From Octopus sinensis (lineage: Eukaryota), in assembly GCF_006345805.1 (NCBI RefSeq), contig NC_043000.1, positions 46,562,001-46,626,000 on the forward strand: a stretch of 64,000 nucleotides of DNA. The letters run 5' to 3'. How positions within the stretch are numbered: position 1 is the stretch's first letter; each line of letters begins with the position of its first letter. Below, piece by piece: positions 38,843 through 53,405 of this stretch. Made by a program: the position numbers and the translations under genes. The notes beneath the pieces are model-generated. The model did no database searches. It had not been told where the DNA came from and was given only the letters and a program-made list of their open reading frames with translations.

Positions 38843-39210
38843 AGAGCACCATCCGAGTGTGATCGTTGCCAGAGTGGCTAACTGGCTTCCGTGCCAGTGG
38901 CACATAAAAGTCACCGTTCGAGCATGATCATTACCAGTGTCGCCTTACTGGCACTCGTGCCGGTGGTATGTGTAAAACATTTGAGCGAGGTCATTGCCAG
39001 TACCGTCTGACTGGCCCATGTGCCGGTGGCATATAAAAGCACCCACTACACTCTCGGAGTGGTTGGCATTAGGAAGGGCATCCAGCTGTAGAAACTCTGC
39101 CAGATCAAGATTGAAGCCTGGTGCAGCCATCTGGTTCGACAGCCCTCAGTCAAATCATCAAACCCATGCTAGCATGGAAAGTGGACATTAAACGATGATG
39201 ATGATGATGA
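38843..39210 (+). mobile_element. SINE family C with about 3 internal tandem units
   Basis: Repeated ttgccag..ctggc..gtgcc(a/g)gtggcacataaaagcacc units followed by the family C 3' end and (GAT)n. Confidence 0.85.
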
Positions 39211-39469
39211 TAATTTGTTCCAAGTTTCTGCCCTTTTAGTTTAAATCCTACTAAAGTCAAATTCCCATTTTATCCTTTTGAGGTATGTAACAAAAATAAC
39301 TATTCAGGGTGATGGATTAACAACTCTCTTGGAGGGTAGTCTGAGATGCCTTGCAATATTTGTTCTGGTTATTTGTCTTTTGACAACAATGCTTGCAATG
39401 ACACTGGTGTTAATTAATATTAACCAAAAACACTAACCTCCTCTTTGGATTACAACAGTGATAGAGGAA

Positions 39470-40800
39470 ACTTAGATGCATCCTTGAGTTGTCAATGTCG
39501 ACCAACAGTGCTGCCCCACTCCCATGAAATAATATTTATAATATTTTTTATTGCTAATATTGGATTTTATGTATCTAGAGAGCTCATAACTAAAATTTCG
39601 ATAGTTTACTAAAGCTGTTAAAATTTTGGCAGCACAATAAAGCTTAAATTTTGGCAGGTCACCAATGGATTGAATCTTATTGTTATATTTTAGTTCATAG
39701 GTAACTTCTTCATAAAGACAGCAAATTTTAACCCTATTTCTGATCATTTTACTCTTTTGTTGCCATGTCAGACTCATATTTTCATGCTTATAACCTTACA
39801 TTTAGAGTTTAGAGAATTAACTTATCATAACAGCAAACATGGAAATTATTTCCAACAATCTTCCTATTTTGCCTGCCATGTAACAATCACATTTTCATGA
39901 TATAACCTCATATTCAAATATAGGAAATTAACTGCAAATTTTGAACCCATTTCTAACCATTTTGCATTTCGACATTAAGCTATAATGAGACCCTCTCCAC
40001 TGATTTCTCAGTGTAGCCTATCTCATTAACAGACTTGTTGTCAACTGAGCTGTTACTTTTGACATAGGAAGCATTATTCTTAACATTAGATACAGCAATA
40101 TATGAAACTATCCCATAATGAGTTTGCCGTGTTAATTAATCTCCTTGAAATCTTTCATCCAATGTTCATTCCATTTCTTTCATTGTAACATTAAATTTCG
40201 AGAAATTTTATACCATTAACATGATTCCACACATCCAACATATAGAATCACTAAAAGTATGATGCCATTAGTTCATTGTCTTTAGTGTGTTGTGCTATAA
40301 AATTAATTGTTTCAGATTTTTATGATTTGAGCCCTCATCTGTCATCAATCACAAATGGATCAACTTAGAGCCCAAAGATTTAGCATCTGTACAGTTGTTC
40401 AACTTACTGTTGTTCAACAAACAAATCTTCTTCAAAACAGTCTACTATCTTAAAATAACAGAAAGGGTACATTTGACAATGCAGCTTTGATCTTCTTTAA
40501 AGGACAAGATGTTCAAGGCTAGAATGCCTTTGATCCTAAGTTTATAGAATCAAGATTGATATAGAGTTAAACAACTAATTTTATGTCTTTAATGACTTAA
40601 TCATATCACCAACTCTCTGTTTCAAGAAAGGCTGTCTTGTAAATTCAAAGGTGCTGTCTGTTTGATGGTAGTTTTAATTCAGAATAGTTTTACTCTTAAT
40701 AGAATGCCTTTGTTATAACATGAAAACATGTCTCGTTTATGTGTTAGTTTAGAAATAAAAATTTTACATTGATGAATTCCTTTGTAGTGATCAACTTCCT
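39470..40800 (-). mobile_element. Possible heavily decayed Penelope-like RT/GIY-YIG region
   Basis: Only weak motif remnants by eye: ELSRYIK after a GIY-YIG-like stretch (KIQSIGDLPKFK), CYMAGKIGRLL, and STFEFT..ET.ELV. Many stops. Confidence 0.35.
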
Positions 40801-40899
40801 TGATTAGTTGATTAGCCATTTTCTCTAATTATGGCAACAGATTTGTCTCTTCTTATTAGTCAGTAATTGGGTAAGTTATCTTCTTATTAGTCAGTAACT

Positions 40900-41135
40900 G
40901 GGCATATGGCAGAGTGGTTAAGAACGCGGGCTACTAACCCCAGGATTCCGAGTTCGATTCCAGCAGTGACCTGAATAATAATAATAATAATAGCATCGAA
41001 AAATACCTTAGGAACGAGAACCCAGGTTCGAAATTTCCCCAAGACACCTGATGATGGCTGGAGGGTATATAAGCCAAAAGGCTGTGTTTACAACAAACAA
41101 GATGAGGACAAATATCCATCAATTGTAAATAATGT
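40900..41135 (+). mobile_element. tRNA-derived SINE whose 3' half holds a degenerate hammerhead
   Basis: A box tggcagagtggtt, B box gagttcgattcc (40950-40961), anticodon arm ggg-ctactaa-ccc. 41043-41088 reads gacac-ctgatga-t-ggct..agcc-aaaag-gct-gtgtt. Confidence 0.7.
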
Positions 41136-44100
41136 AAGTTATTTTTGTTTTAATACTTAGAGTAAGGATGACTGCATCTATAAGCTTTAATTTTTACTGA
41201 GTCTGTCTGACTGGTGAGAAGAAAGGAAAAAGTTATTCAAAAAAGTAAATACCTAACCCTGAATACTTGTGACAGAGTGGACTCTGTAGCAGGCATCTAA
41301 GTTGGATTCAATCAAGTTGGTGGATTAAGTCTACCTGCCAAGAACCCAGAATCCAAAGGGGTGAAAAAAATGCTTTTGTATGGGAAAATATTAAAGTACT
41401 TGTAGATGTTACCTATAATTTGGAGCAAGAAAGATATTCATATAACTTGAAGTGATAAGATATGTTATGAAATGATATAAATGAAGGAGAAACTTCAGAA
41501 AATTATGGCTCTGTGAAGTTGATGAAGTGGTAATTCCATCTATAGTGGGATGGATAGTTAGGAATCTGCTAAACAATGTAAAGAACTCATCACCTGTGAG
41601 CAAAATTTTCCTTAAATTCAAATTTGGAAACGTCTGTTGATGAAATATTGATAAGCCCATATAAAAACAGAAAACAGGTAAAGCTTTGATAAAATAAGAC
41701 TAATTTGTTATGAAATGTTGTCGTATGTGTTTGTAAAATTTAATATATTTTATTTATTTCAACATACTTGCACTACCAATAAGTTCTTATGCACTTGTGA
41801 TTTGCTGCAGGAACTGAAAAAGGACTCCACCCTATGCTAAATAATGTAATTAAATCCAATTCTAATTTTTAAATTCTAAGTTAATCTAAGAAAATATGCT
41901 GAGGGCAATTTTATTAATAGTAATATTGGCTCTCATTGAAATGGAAACGATTCAAGATGCTGTGATAAGTCATCATTTGTAATTGGTGCCATCACCTTGC
42001 TAATTAACAATGGAAGTAATACAAGCTAATGAAGCAGGGATTTCAATGTGGTCACTTGACATGAGAGAAATTCAGCAGTCACATCTTCATTCCACAGCCA
42101 TAGTGTCTAATAAAGAAGATGTTTACTTGAAAGCCATGTGTTGCCATGTTCAGTCCAATTGCATTGCATCTTCAATAAGTTCTTTTAATAAAGCCTTGAG
42201 CTGACCAATGTCTTGTGAACAAAATTTGTGAATGGAAACTGCAGAAACACATTGTGTAAATATATAAATGTAGGTGTGTACATATATGTATATATGTGCA
42301 TATGTGCATACACACACACACAAACACACAGTATTTGCATAAAAGTTACTATTACTACCTAAATAATCCTTTCTACTATAGGCACATGGCCTGAAATTTG
42401 GAGGAGTGAGATAATTGATCACATCGACCCCAGTGCGTAACTGGTACTTAATTTATCAACCCTGAAAGGATGAAAACCAAAGTCGACCTTGGCGGAATTT
42501 GAACACAGAACATAGTGACAGGTGAAATACTGCTAAACATTTCGTCCAGCATGCTAACGATTCTGCTAGCTCACTGCCCTATTACTATCTAAATAATGGG
42601 TATATCACATGCTATTTATCTCACATTTGATGGAACACTATCTTGATCCTCCCAGTAGTAGAATAATAAACTATAAAGATGTGAGTATGTGCATGTGTGT
42701 TTACATGTCTGTCTCTGTGTCTATATTCTTTAACTTAATGGTTGGACAAATGCCAATCACTAAAATAAGTACCAGTCTTAACTCTATGCACTGGGATTGA
42801 AATGAGCACCTACGACTTTTTAAGATGATGCTCTAATATGATTGCACTCCAGTGAATGAAACGACAAAATGAATAACAGAATACATCTTAGAAAAAGCGA
42901 AGGGTGCACCAGGTATTATAATCCTGGCATGGACAATCTTTTCCAAGAAGCAAGCTGCATGAGATATGACTCATCATCAAGCAGGCTGCAATACTTCAAA
43001 CGTTCAAAGAAGGTTTACTAACATTAAATATGCCATTCAGAAAGTCCTGTGGGCAGCTGTTTGCTCACAACTCCTATGGTCCTTAATAGTTGTAAAAATA
43101 TTAGATGATCATAGTTTGATTGCTTTTGATCATAAATCTGCTTACTCAGGGTTTACCAGATGATAAATAACATGCAGACATTCACATACATGTATATCAT
43201 CATCATCATTTAACGTCCATGGTCCATGCTGGCATGGGTTGGACAGTTTGGTCAAGGTTGGCAAGCTGAGAGGCTGCACCAAAATTCAGTCTGATTTAGT
43301 TTCTATGGCTGGATGCCCTTCCTAACACCAACCACTCCAAGAGTGTAATGGGTACTTTTATGTTCCACTGGCACCAGCATAATTCACATTGTCTCAATGC
43401 TCAAATGATGCTTTTTATGTGCTACCAGCACAGATACCAGCTATGTGACACTGGCATTGGCCACATTGCCTCTTTGAGGGCCCAATGCTCAAATGGTGCT
43501 TTTTACGGGCCACTGGCTCAAGTGTCAGTTACATGACACCAGCATCAGCTATGACTATGATTTCCCTTGGCTCGATGGATCTCCTCAAGCATGGAGTATT
43601 GTCAAAGGTTTTGGTCACTAAGAATCCTATTTTGTAATTTTCTCTTTATTTCATTCAAAGTCTGCTTCTTGAAAACATATCAAAATAAAACAAAAATAAT
43701 TATCTGCTTTTAACTTGGATGTGTGAAACTGAAACATAAAACAGATTCCAGCATAAAAACATTTAGCAATTTTATATCATTAAATTTCAAGCAAACATTA
43801 AAAAAAATTTTGTCACTAGTTCAGTTTTTATCATTAGTTGTTGCTAAGATCTTGGACTCATGGTTTTACATTGTTTTGTTAATAAGGTCTAATAAGTCAG
43901 AAACCTGTGTAGAGTTTTTTTTTTGTGAATGAATGATTACATTCACTCTCTTGTACATTTTATAATTAATTTATTTTAATTCATTAATTAAAATTTCAGG
44001 GTTGTCCCTCTGTTTGCCTTAATTTTATTTTATTCATTTTGTTTTATTTATTTATTGTTTTGTTATACCAGATTTAGTTGTTCAGAAAATGATTGCACTC

Positions 44101-44679
44101 ATTACTAATTGTACAATTTTAATTCATTAAAAATTTTTGACTTATTACTTCAACTATGCTAGCACTCACGTCACTAGTGTTTATTAGTTTAAATATTATT
44201 TTGTCTGCTTTAGTTGTTGCACATATTTTAATAATTTGTCCTTTTATTTATTTATTTATTTATTTATTTATTATTTATCTATTTATTTATTAACCTATTT
44301 ATTTGTTTATTTATTTCCAACGTATCAAGAAGCATTTTTAAACTTGTAATAATAATTAGAGATTCATTTGTTTCAAACTAACTAGATGTTTCTTTATTAG
44401 TCACATAGAAGTGATAAAATAGTTTGGTTTCCTGTATAATTCCTATATTGTTGTTGTTGTTGTTGCTGTAGTTTTTGTTTTTTCTGTCTCTTATTTTTGT
44501 TTGTTGTTTTGAAAGTAAATTTTTTTTTACAAAGATTGAATTACGTTTTTTTGTCTTGTCAAATAATTTGTAAATTACAATCTTAGATTGGTAGCTCTTT
44601 TCTTAATCAATATATTTAATTTCAATTGTATATAACTTTATTTAGTTAACATTATTATTATTGTTGTTATCATTATTAC

Positions 44680-44726
<47 letters not shown>

Positions 44727-45369
44727 GAAAAAGTTCTATCTGGACATATTTTGATATAACCAAATTGAAAAGTAAGCAATATATATAACAGTGTATACTA
44801 CTACTAATACTACTACTACTATTACTACTAATAATAATAATAATAATAATAATAATTGTTTTTCTCGGTATCACTTCCTCATGACAATAGATAAACTTGA
44901 ATATTAGTTCAAATTCTAGGTGTGATAAATAAGTATTATGTAGCGCATCAACTGTTAACTCTTTCCCTAACAAAAGCCATTTCTTTTTCATTTTTATTAA
45001 TATAGACTTCCAATTGTCTGTTTAATGAGATCAATAGGTTATATGCCAACCGGTGAAGAAGTTTATACATCCTTGCTCAGCCTGCAAGAAATAGCAGTCA
45101 AAATACCCCTAAATCACAACTTTTAGTCTTGTAAAAAGGAAAAAAATTCATTGAATGATATAACCTTGTGTACATTGGGAAAAAACTGAAATACAGGATG
45201 GTCATAACTATTGCTTTTGATTAAGTCTCAGCCATAAAGTTAATCTCAAACAAAGTGGTAACAACATTGTATAAAAAAATGGAATTTAGCATTTTTACTT
45301 AATATATCATACTTGTAGTTTCATAGACTGTATCATAATGCATCTTCATCACTCGCCCCTCAGAAAAGG

Positions 45370-45950
45370 GTCTTTTTTGAAGGACTTAACTTTATACTTT
45401 TCTCGAAGTAGCAAACGTCAAAATGACTTCAATATGATACAAAATGTCATTGGTACAAAAGAAAACAAGATTCCAAAGCTTTTGCAAACTAGATGGTTGT
45501 CGCATGAAAATGTAATTAATAGAACAGTAGGGTACCCCTGTACTTTATTTTCAATCAGAGGCTAAAGTAGAAAAAGTGGATGGAGCAAAAAGAATCTATG
45601 AAACAACGATTAACAAAGAAACAAAGCACATGCTGCTCTTCTTACATTATATATTAAAGAAAGTAAATGCTCTTAATGTTGTGTTTCGATCGGAACTCTT
45701 TCGACTGCATCTGTTGCATGCCCTCATATCCAGTGAATATAAAAGTATCCTTAGTTGCTTTATAATAGAGGATGTTTTAGCTGTATCTAAATTATCAGAT
45801 ATTGATCTTAATAACACAACAAATCACAAAGATATGAGTGATGTTTACCTTGGTGAATGCACAATGAGATATCTAGAATAGAACCTCATCATTGGTGACT
45901 CAACTAGATTCAAAACTGATTGCAAAAATTTATTAGAATTATACTCTCAA
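45370..45950 (+). pseudogene. hAT-superfamily transposase fragment, frameshifted
   Basis: YFSRSSKRQNDF..KLLQTRWLS, a frameshift, then VLYFQSEAKVEKVDGAKRIYET..LLFLHYILKKVNALNVVFRSE. TRWLS and the YFxxSxKR block are typical of hAT transposases. Confidence 0.8.
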
Positions 45951-48900
45951 AAATGTGAATGATGAATTTATTCCATATATTTACAGCCACAATCTGTATC
46001 CAGCTACATCACTGATGTTAAATCATCCTACATATACAAATATATACATAAGTACATATATATAGCTGTGTCAGAATGTAATGAAGAAGAACATTTCATG
46101 CATAGTAAATATATGGCTTTTAGAACAAAGGTCTTGAATTGGAAAGTAAGGCTTTATCTTTGGAATAAACAAGTAATAATTTTACATTTGTGAGTAAAAT
46201 GTGGATGAAACACTGTCAAAGTATGTCGTGATAATTTACAAAATAATTAGATACCAAAATATTCAGCCCTCAGTTTGGAATAATAACTATATCACCTTCT
46301 CAAACATTATTTGTATTTCTATTAAGCATGTGGGACTGAGGTTATTTAGTGTAATGTTCTGAACACATAACAATAGCGAATAGTGGTTATATGATACACC
46401 CTCAAAATTATTCATCTGAATATAAACTAATCTGTTAGAAATAGCAACTTCAACTCTCTCAAGTCTCACTCTATCATCTCAGAAATGGACACATTGGATA
46501 ATATTGTTCTAAGTGCACTATGACTAGGAAGATAATGGAATGATCATGGCTGGAATGTCTGCAATGATCACTCAAAATCCTTCAATGTAATCTTACTCAA
46601 CTCTCTCAAGAATATCACACATGTACTTACAAAACTAGAGATTTGATCTAAGACCATGTAAAATCGTAAACTTCTCTTAAACTTATTATTTGTAACATGT
46701 TGTCAAATTTTCCCCATGTAAATTGTGTCCCCATCACTGACAAGGACGTACAGCACCTCTTTCAAGAATACTTATTCAATATATCAACTTAGCATTTTAT
46801 GCTTATAAGAAGAATGAATGAATCACTTTATGAACACATCCATTATTTTCTATGTTTATTGAAGTCTATGTATCTTTTTATAGAACTATAAGTAATAACA
46901 TTCTCTTATTCTTTTCGTGTCTCATAAATACAATTCTGTCCTTTTTACTTTATTCTCAGTTGAACTTGAAGCAACAGAGCTCTCTGACATCCATTATATG
47001 GATGTTTTCTATCACATACATACTTTGCTGACACACCTTGATACCATATTTATTAAATTGGTGACTGTCATTATTTTGATGGCTATCACTATTTTGATGA
47101 AGTTTTAGCATAAAAACTTAGAATATTTCTTGGATAAATATCAACTCACACAGCATATCGAATTTCTACAACTCACTAGAATTGAATTTCCACAAATCAC
47201 GATATGAATCTAGCAAATACATGTAAGTCATTGTGATCACCAATTTCAATCAACTGAAAGGGCTACTTTTAGCATATCTGCATCCCTTTAAATAATTCGA
47301 CACTACCAGTTAATAAAGTGCTGTCATCCTATAATCACTTTTATAATTGTTAACAATTAATCAGGAGTAAGCTATTTAATAGTTAACTCTCCTGATCACA
47401 GATACTGAACAGATGATAAATTATCTAACACTTGACTTATGACTGTGGTTGTTTATTCTCAGGTCAAGATTCATGGAGAAAACCTATCATTAAAATCCTT
47501 GCTCTGATTATTCCATCTTGTTGTTCCACATAACATATCAAAGAAAATTTTATTTAATCTAGATTTCCCCTTTTTTAAAAATTTGATAAGATGTTCTGTT
47601 GTGTCAAGGGAGAGTCATTTTCTTTTTGTGCCTTATAATGTAACACACTCACCTGTAAAATTTCCACACAACAGAATATGCTTCAACACACGAACTCATA
47701 TAAAGAATCTTGCAAACCAAAGCCAAAAACGAAATTTGATAAGATGTGATTTCTACAAAATTTAGCTGGTATTTCAAGCAGAACATACTGCTGATAACAG
47801 GCTCTTCATGTTGGCCTTATATAAATCACTTACTATAGAACGTATCTTAAGTATCCAAGAACAGCATGGGTAGCAGCGTTACAATGGTTTCTAGTTTGGC
47901 ATCCACCATCAAGTTTTATTTAAAATCGCCATACCAGTATGAGACATTTGCTTATAACTACATAGAAATGGTATTTGTCTTACAAGTTGGTAAGCAGTAT
48001 TAATAAAGTCGATAATCTATGAAAGTAATCCACATGATATGAATAACAATAAAATCAAACAAAACTACCCTTGTAGTCACTGAAGTAGGTAAATGAACTA
48101 ATTTACATATTGGTATTAGTAGTCTTGCATCTGTAAAAGCATTCTCATTACACCAATATAGGATAGCAACTAAAAAATTAAGTATTCTGAAGAATGAATA
48201 TAAGCGTATGTGCATGTATGTATGTTCATACATAAGTTTAAAACTAATGCTAAGTAAACAGAATAGAAGTTAAAAGACAATGTTTGCCCCCAGCATAGCC
48301 ATAGCTCTCGAGATGAGACTAGTAAAAAAAGAAAAGATATTAGCATGATGCTCAGTGAGAGGTTAGGAAATAGAAGGGACCTTGATGTTTTGAGTTTAAA
48401 TTCTTTACAGAAAGTAAAGTTAGAGATAAAGGGAAGAAAACTGGGACTAACAGAAATGTGTTCTGTATGCATATGTACATAATATATGAAGATGCATGGT
48501 GTAGTCGTAAAAGTATTCAGTTCACAATCGTGAGATCGTGAGTTCAATTTCTGGCGACGCATTGTAGCCTTGAGCAAGACATTATTTTATTTCATGTTGT
48601 TCCAGTCAACTCAGCTGTCTGTATCATAGTTACCACATACCAGCATTATTATAGTTAATCATATTGTGCTTGTTTAAGTCACCCTTTCTTTTATAAATCT
48701 CAAACCATTCTTTAGTTCCCTTGATTTTCTATACCTGAGAGATGACAGTCTACAAGTTAATCTCCTCCTGTACCAGTATGTATTCTGCACTTACTCAGGG
48801 GTTTATTAATGATGTTATTAACAACCTTGACAATCTCCTCTACTAACTTTTCTATTATGACAGTTCATACTCCAGCAGTTTTTATTTAGTTAATACATAA

Positions 48901-49024
48901 ACTCTATTTTTTAATCATAGCGTATCATTCTCAATACTTATATATTCCTTGTAGATGTATTTGGAGGATTCCACACCTGTACTTCCTCATTCCATTATCC
49001 TTTTCTTTTTTTTATTCGTTCCTT

Positions 49025-49318
49025 TACTGGTCGTTGCCAGTGCCGCTGGACTGGCTCCTGTGCAGGTGGCACATAAAAAGCACCATTTGTGCGTGGCCGT
49101 TGCCAGTACCACATAACTGGCCCTCGTGCCAGTGGCACGTAAAAGCACCCACTACACTCTCAGAGTAGTTGGCATTAGGAAGGGCATCCAGCTGTAGAAA
49201 CTCTGTCAGATCAGATTGGAGTCTGGAGCAGCCATCTGGTTCGCCAGACCTCAATCAAATCGTCCAACCCATGCTTGCATGGAAAGCAGACGTTAAACGA
49301 TGATGATGATGATGATGA
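49025..49318 (+). mobile_element. SINE family C with about 2 internal tandem units
   Basis: Matches 38843-39210 and ends in (GAT)n. Confidence 0.85.
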
Positions 49319-51324
49319 CCCTAAATTTTGGGTTCCTTTATCCTTAATCCTGAATGCTTGCTTGTAATTTTCCTCTATATTTGGTCGAATTAACTCACTA
49401 GCAACTACTCTCCTTGTATAGCTTTGTTCATTTCTGACTGCATCGGGTATCAGCTTCTTATTTTATGGATTTCTAAGTTATATAATTGTATTCCAGCATT
49501 ATTACATTTCCCTTTCTTCAATTAACTAACAGCAGTCAATGAGGTACTTGTTTTGGACTAGCATAGACTACTTTCAATTTCATCTCACTATGGCCTCTTA
49601 AATCACCTTCTTGCATCCATTCAAGTGGTAGCATATTCTACTCTCTATCATTATGACACAGTAGATTTAACTAACACATGAACCACCTTGCAACAAGCTA
49701 TTTATTTTCTTAATACATTTTCACTCTGATACTTAATTGGAATTTTTAATTAAGCCTTATCCTAATTTATTTTCATCTAATTTATTTATTTAGTTATTTA
49801 TTGGCACACTTGTTTTTATAAACAGTGATTTTTTTCACCTTTTCCTTCCATTATTTAGGTTGAGGGTCATTGCTAAGTATTTGGATGTATGTCTGAATAG
49901 TTTCTCTCCCCTTCTCTTTCCCTACTTTTACTCATCTTTCCTTTTCTCTTTCCCTACTTTTCCTCATCTTTCCTTTCCTAAACCTAATTTTAGGCTCTAG
50001 TCATTTCAATGAAGAATCATTATCTTTACCAATAACCTAACAAACACTTGAGTTTTATTGCCAGTGACTTCTCCTTTCCCCTAGTAGATCTCTAGGTTCA
50101 CTATTACTGGGTCCTCACACTAATGCTTATTTAATTTTCTCCTTTCAACACTGCACCCCAACCTCATCATCATCATCCTCATTATTTATGCTTTTACTTA
50201 TCTCTAGCTTTTGTTCCTTAATGGTCTTAGTAAACCCTTATTTTAATTAGTTCTTCCTCCTCCTCCTCTTGTTGTTGTTGTTGTTCTTCTTCTTCTTCTT
50301 CTTCTTCTTCTTTCGTCATCATCATCATCATCATCATCAGTGGTGGTGGTGATAGTTGTTGTTGTTGTAGTTGTAGCAGTAGAGCTGTAGTAATATGCAG
50401 TGGTGAGATAGCAGAATCATTAACACACCAGACAAAATGCTTAGCAACTTTTCTTCTGGATTTAGGCTCTGAGTTCAAATTTTGCCATGGTCAACTTTTG
50501 CCTTTTATCCTTTTATCCTTTTTGGGCTGACGGTATAAGTACCAGTCAAGAACTGGGTTTGATATAATCGACTAGCCTCCACACCACTTAATATCTCAGA
50601 CTTTGTGCATATAGTAGAAAGGATTGTTTTCATTATCATTTCTTTATTCTTGTCTTATTTCCATTCTCGTTTTTACCTCCACCTTTGCTAAGGCGGAGGT
50701 ATTGTTTTCAGTCATATTTTTTTGCTTGTTTGTTCTTGGACAAGATATCTCAAGTGTAGTGATGATGATGTCATATCAACGGTTAGTATTGTTTTTATTC
50801 TTTCAACCTTCACAGCTATATTGAAAGAATGAAAACAATACTAACAACCCAAATAAGACCAATGGCACCAGAAATACCGATGTTTATTCCTTCTAATATA
50901 ATCGTGAAGGTTCTACTAGGATGACAAATCAGTGTATTTCCAATCTGGTACTCAACTCAAAATCCTGGCTATGTACAGAATTATATTGGAATCATGAAAA
51001 AATTGAAGTTCCATTAGTGCAGGAACTCTGGGAGCATTAGTGTAACTTATAATTAAAAAATGAAGAATGAATTTAGTACAACTTGGTTATTAGTTACAAT
51101 TGTTCTGTACCACTCTAGTTCTAATGCAAATGCATGTAAAAGATTTCATGTAAAAAATTATATAATATGCATGACTGATTATATTGGAGTGAAACTTTAT
51201 CAGACTAGCATAAAGTCCCATGTTCATACATTATGCAAGGAACATCTATTGTTGCTTACAATAAGTATTGTTGCTTAAGATGAAAAAATGATGAAATAAA
51301 TACAGATAAAATCAAGACAAATAA

Positions 51325-51407
<83 letters not shown>

Positions 51408-51695
51408 CGGGCAGAGTACTGCTAAGCATTTCATCCAGCATTTTAACAATTCTGACAGCTCATCGCCTTGAGCTGGCAGAAACGCTAGCATGCCGGGCAA
51501 AATGCTTAGTGGTATTTCGCCTGTCTTTATGTTCTGAGTTCAAATTCCTCTGAGGTCGACTTTGCCTTTCATCCTTTTGGACTCGATAGATTAGGTACCA
51601 GTTGCATACTGGGCTCTATCTTATCGACTGGCCCCCTCCCACCAAATTTTGGACCTTGAGCCTAGGGTAGAAAAGAATTCTGCCAGCCTGCCGTC

Positions 51696-51736
<41 letters not shown>

Positions 51737-51964
51737 AAGAAGAAGAAGGAGAAGAAGAAGAAGAAGAAGAAGAAGAAGACAACATGATCTTTAACATGGG
51801 ATCTCATTGGTACTAGTAGTACAGATAATCCATAGGTGATAAAGAGGTCAGTAGTAAATCACAAATAAAAATAATTATCTGGCACAATGAAAGAATGCTT
51901 ATATTAACAACAACAATAAAACAAATGATACCAGGAACAATAATAATAATAATCTTTTCTATTA

Positions 51965-52165
51965 TAGGCACCCACCCAGCAAAAACTTTTGTCATGCCAA
52001 ATTCATTGAACAAAATATTCTCACCTCTTCACAGAATATGATAACAGCATTAGTTATTTGATTTCTAGTCAATTGCCTGTCATTCATCACCATGTGGTGA
52101 ACACAATCAATGTTTTCCTCAGTAATGGCAGTTGCAGGACATCTGGACCTTGGGTCATCTTCAAG
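51965..52165 (-). mobile_element. Mariner transposase fragment (HTH2 to WVP motif)
   Basis: SLEDDPRSRCPATAITEENIDCVHHMVMNDRQLT..(frameshift)..NEFGMTKVFAGWVP. Confidence 0.8.
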
Positions 52166-52350
52166 ACTCATCATCATTGTTCGAACGTGGTTGAGACAAT
52201 GGAATTTACCATGCAACGCCAGACTTCACGGTCCATCATAGCATTAAGGAGGTCCTGTTGCTGGATGCCTGTATCCCTGGAGATTACATCAGGGTAGGAG
52301 AGTGGGATGCCTGTATCCCTGGAGATTACATCAGGGTAGGAAGACTCATT
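52165..52350 (-). mobile_element. RTE LINE 3' end with a local 37-bp duplication
   Basis: YPDVISRDTGIQQQDLLNAMMDREVWRCMVNSIVSTTFEQ followed by (GAT)n. 52263-52299 is repeated at 52305-52341. Confidence 0.75.
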
Positions 52351-53405
52351 GTTCACCTCCCAAATTCTGTTGCCCACTTTTGCAGTGTCAGAATGTATGT
52401 CCTTGGGGACCAAACACTTTTTGATGACACCACAATGCCAAATTTTGTTTATTTTGAAGAGAAGTTTCTATTAGTTACATTTGCAGTCTTCTTTGAACAG
52501 TCAGATGTCAGTTTACATGGAACAAAACAATGCAATTATTAATAAAACTAGTTGAAAAGTAATGTATGCAAGATCTCACAACTCTATCATCATTCCTTCA
52601 TAGTCAGCCTGTGAACTTTTCAGTCCACCTTTGTATATGCATAATTTAAACTGTAAGCAGGGACTATTTATTAGTGCAGCATGTGAGGCCAGTGAAAGAA
52701 TTCTAAGAGGATTATTTGCATCTAATGGCAAGCAATTTATTCACTTGCTGTACAGCACCTTTTATCGAAATATGTGTAATGATCAATGAAAATTGAAAAG
52801 GGAACAGGGACAGAGATTGGGCAGAAGATTTACTGTAACTGGAGAGAAATAAGTGAAGAATTAGCCTTTGGTAATGCTACTGCTGCTGCTGTCACTGTTG
52901 TTGCTGGTGGTGCTGATTATCTTTGCTGCAAGGGCTTTTTCCCAGTAGAGGTTTTCAGCTTAAGCCTTCTCATCAACGCAATGCTTGTCCATTATAGAAT
53001 GTCGCTGTGAAAGCTCTGGAAATGAATTATATTTCATCTCCACTAGCTACGTGTTTTCTAAAATATGTGCATGTTTTAGTTGAAATAGCGATAATGACAA
53101 CAGAAATGATAACAATAGGAATGACAATAACAATAATAGTAAGTGTTTCAAGCACAGGCACAAATCCAGAAGTTTAAAGGAAAGAGATTATTTGATCAAA
53201 TCAATGCCAGCACTCATATCTTATTTTATTTTATGAGATGTAGAAGGATGAAAGCAGAGCATATGCTGACATACATATCGTTTGAACTCAGAATGTTACA
53301 TTCCAGAGTAAATACCATATGATATTATTTTATGATGTTCTAACAATCCTGTCAATCCACTGCTCTTATGATCACAACAACAACAACAATAACAATAATA
53401 ATAAT

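Noticed and set aside
38843-39050. CRISPR-like repeat-spacer pattern
   Set aside because: The units are degenerate tandem modules of a SINE in eukaryotic DNA, with no unique spacers and no cas genes.
46917-47226. Plus-strand exon between a strong acceptor (46959) and donor (47223)
   Set aside because: All three frames contain stops.
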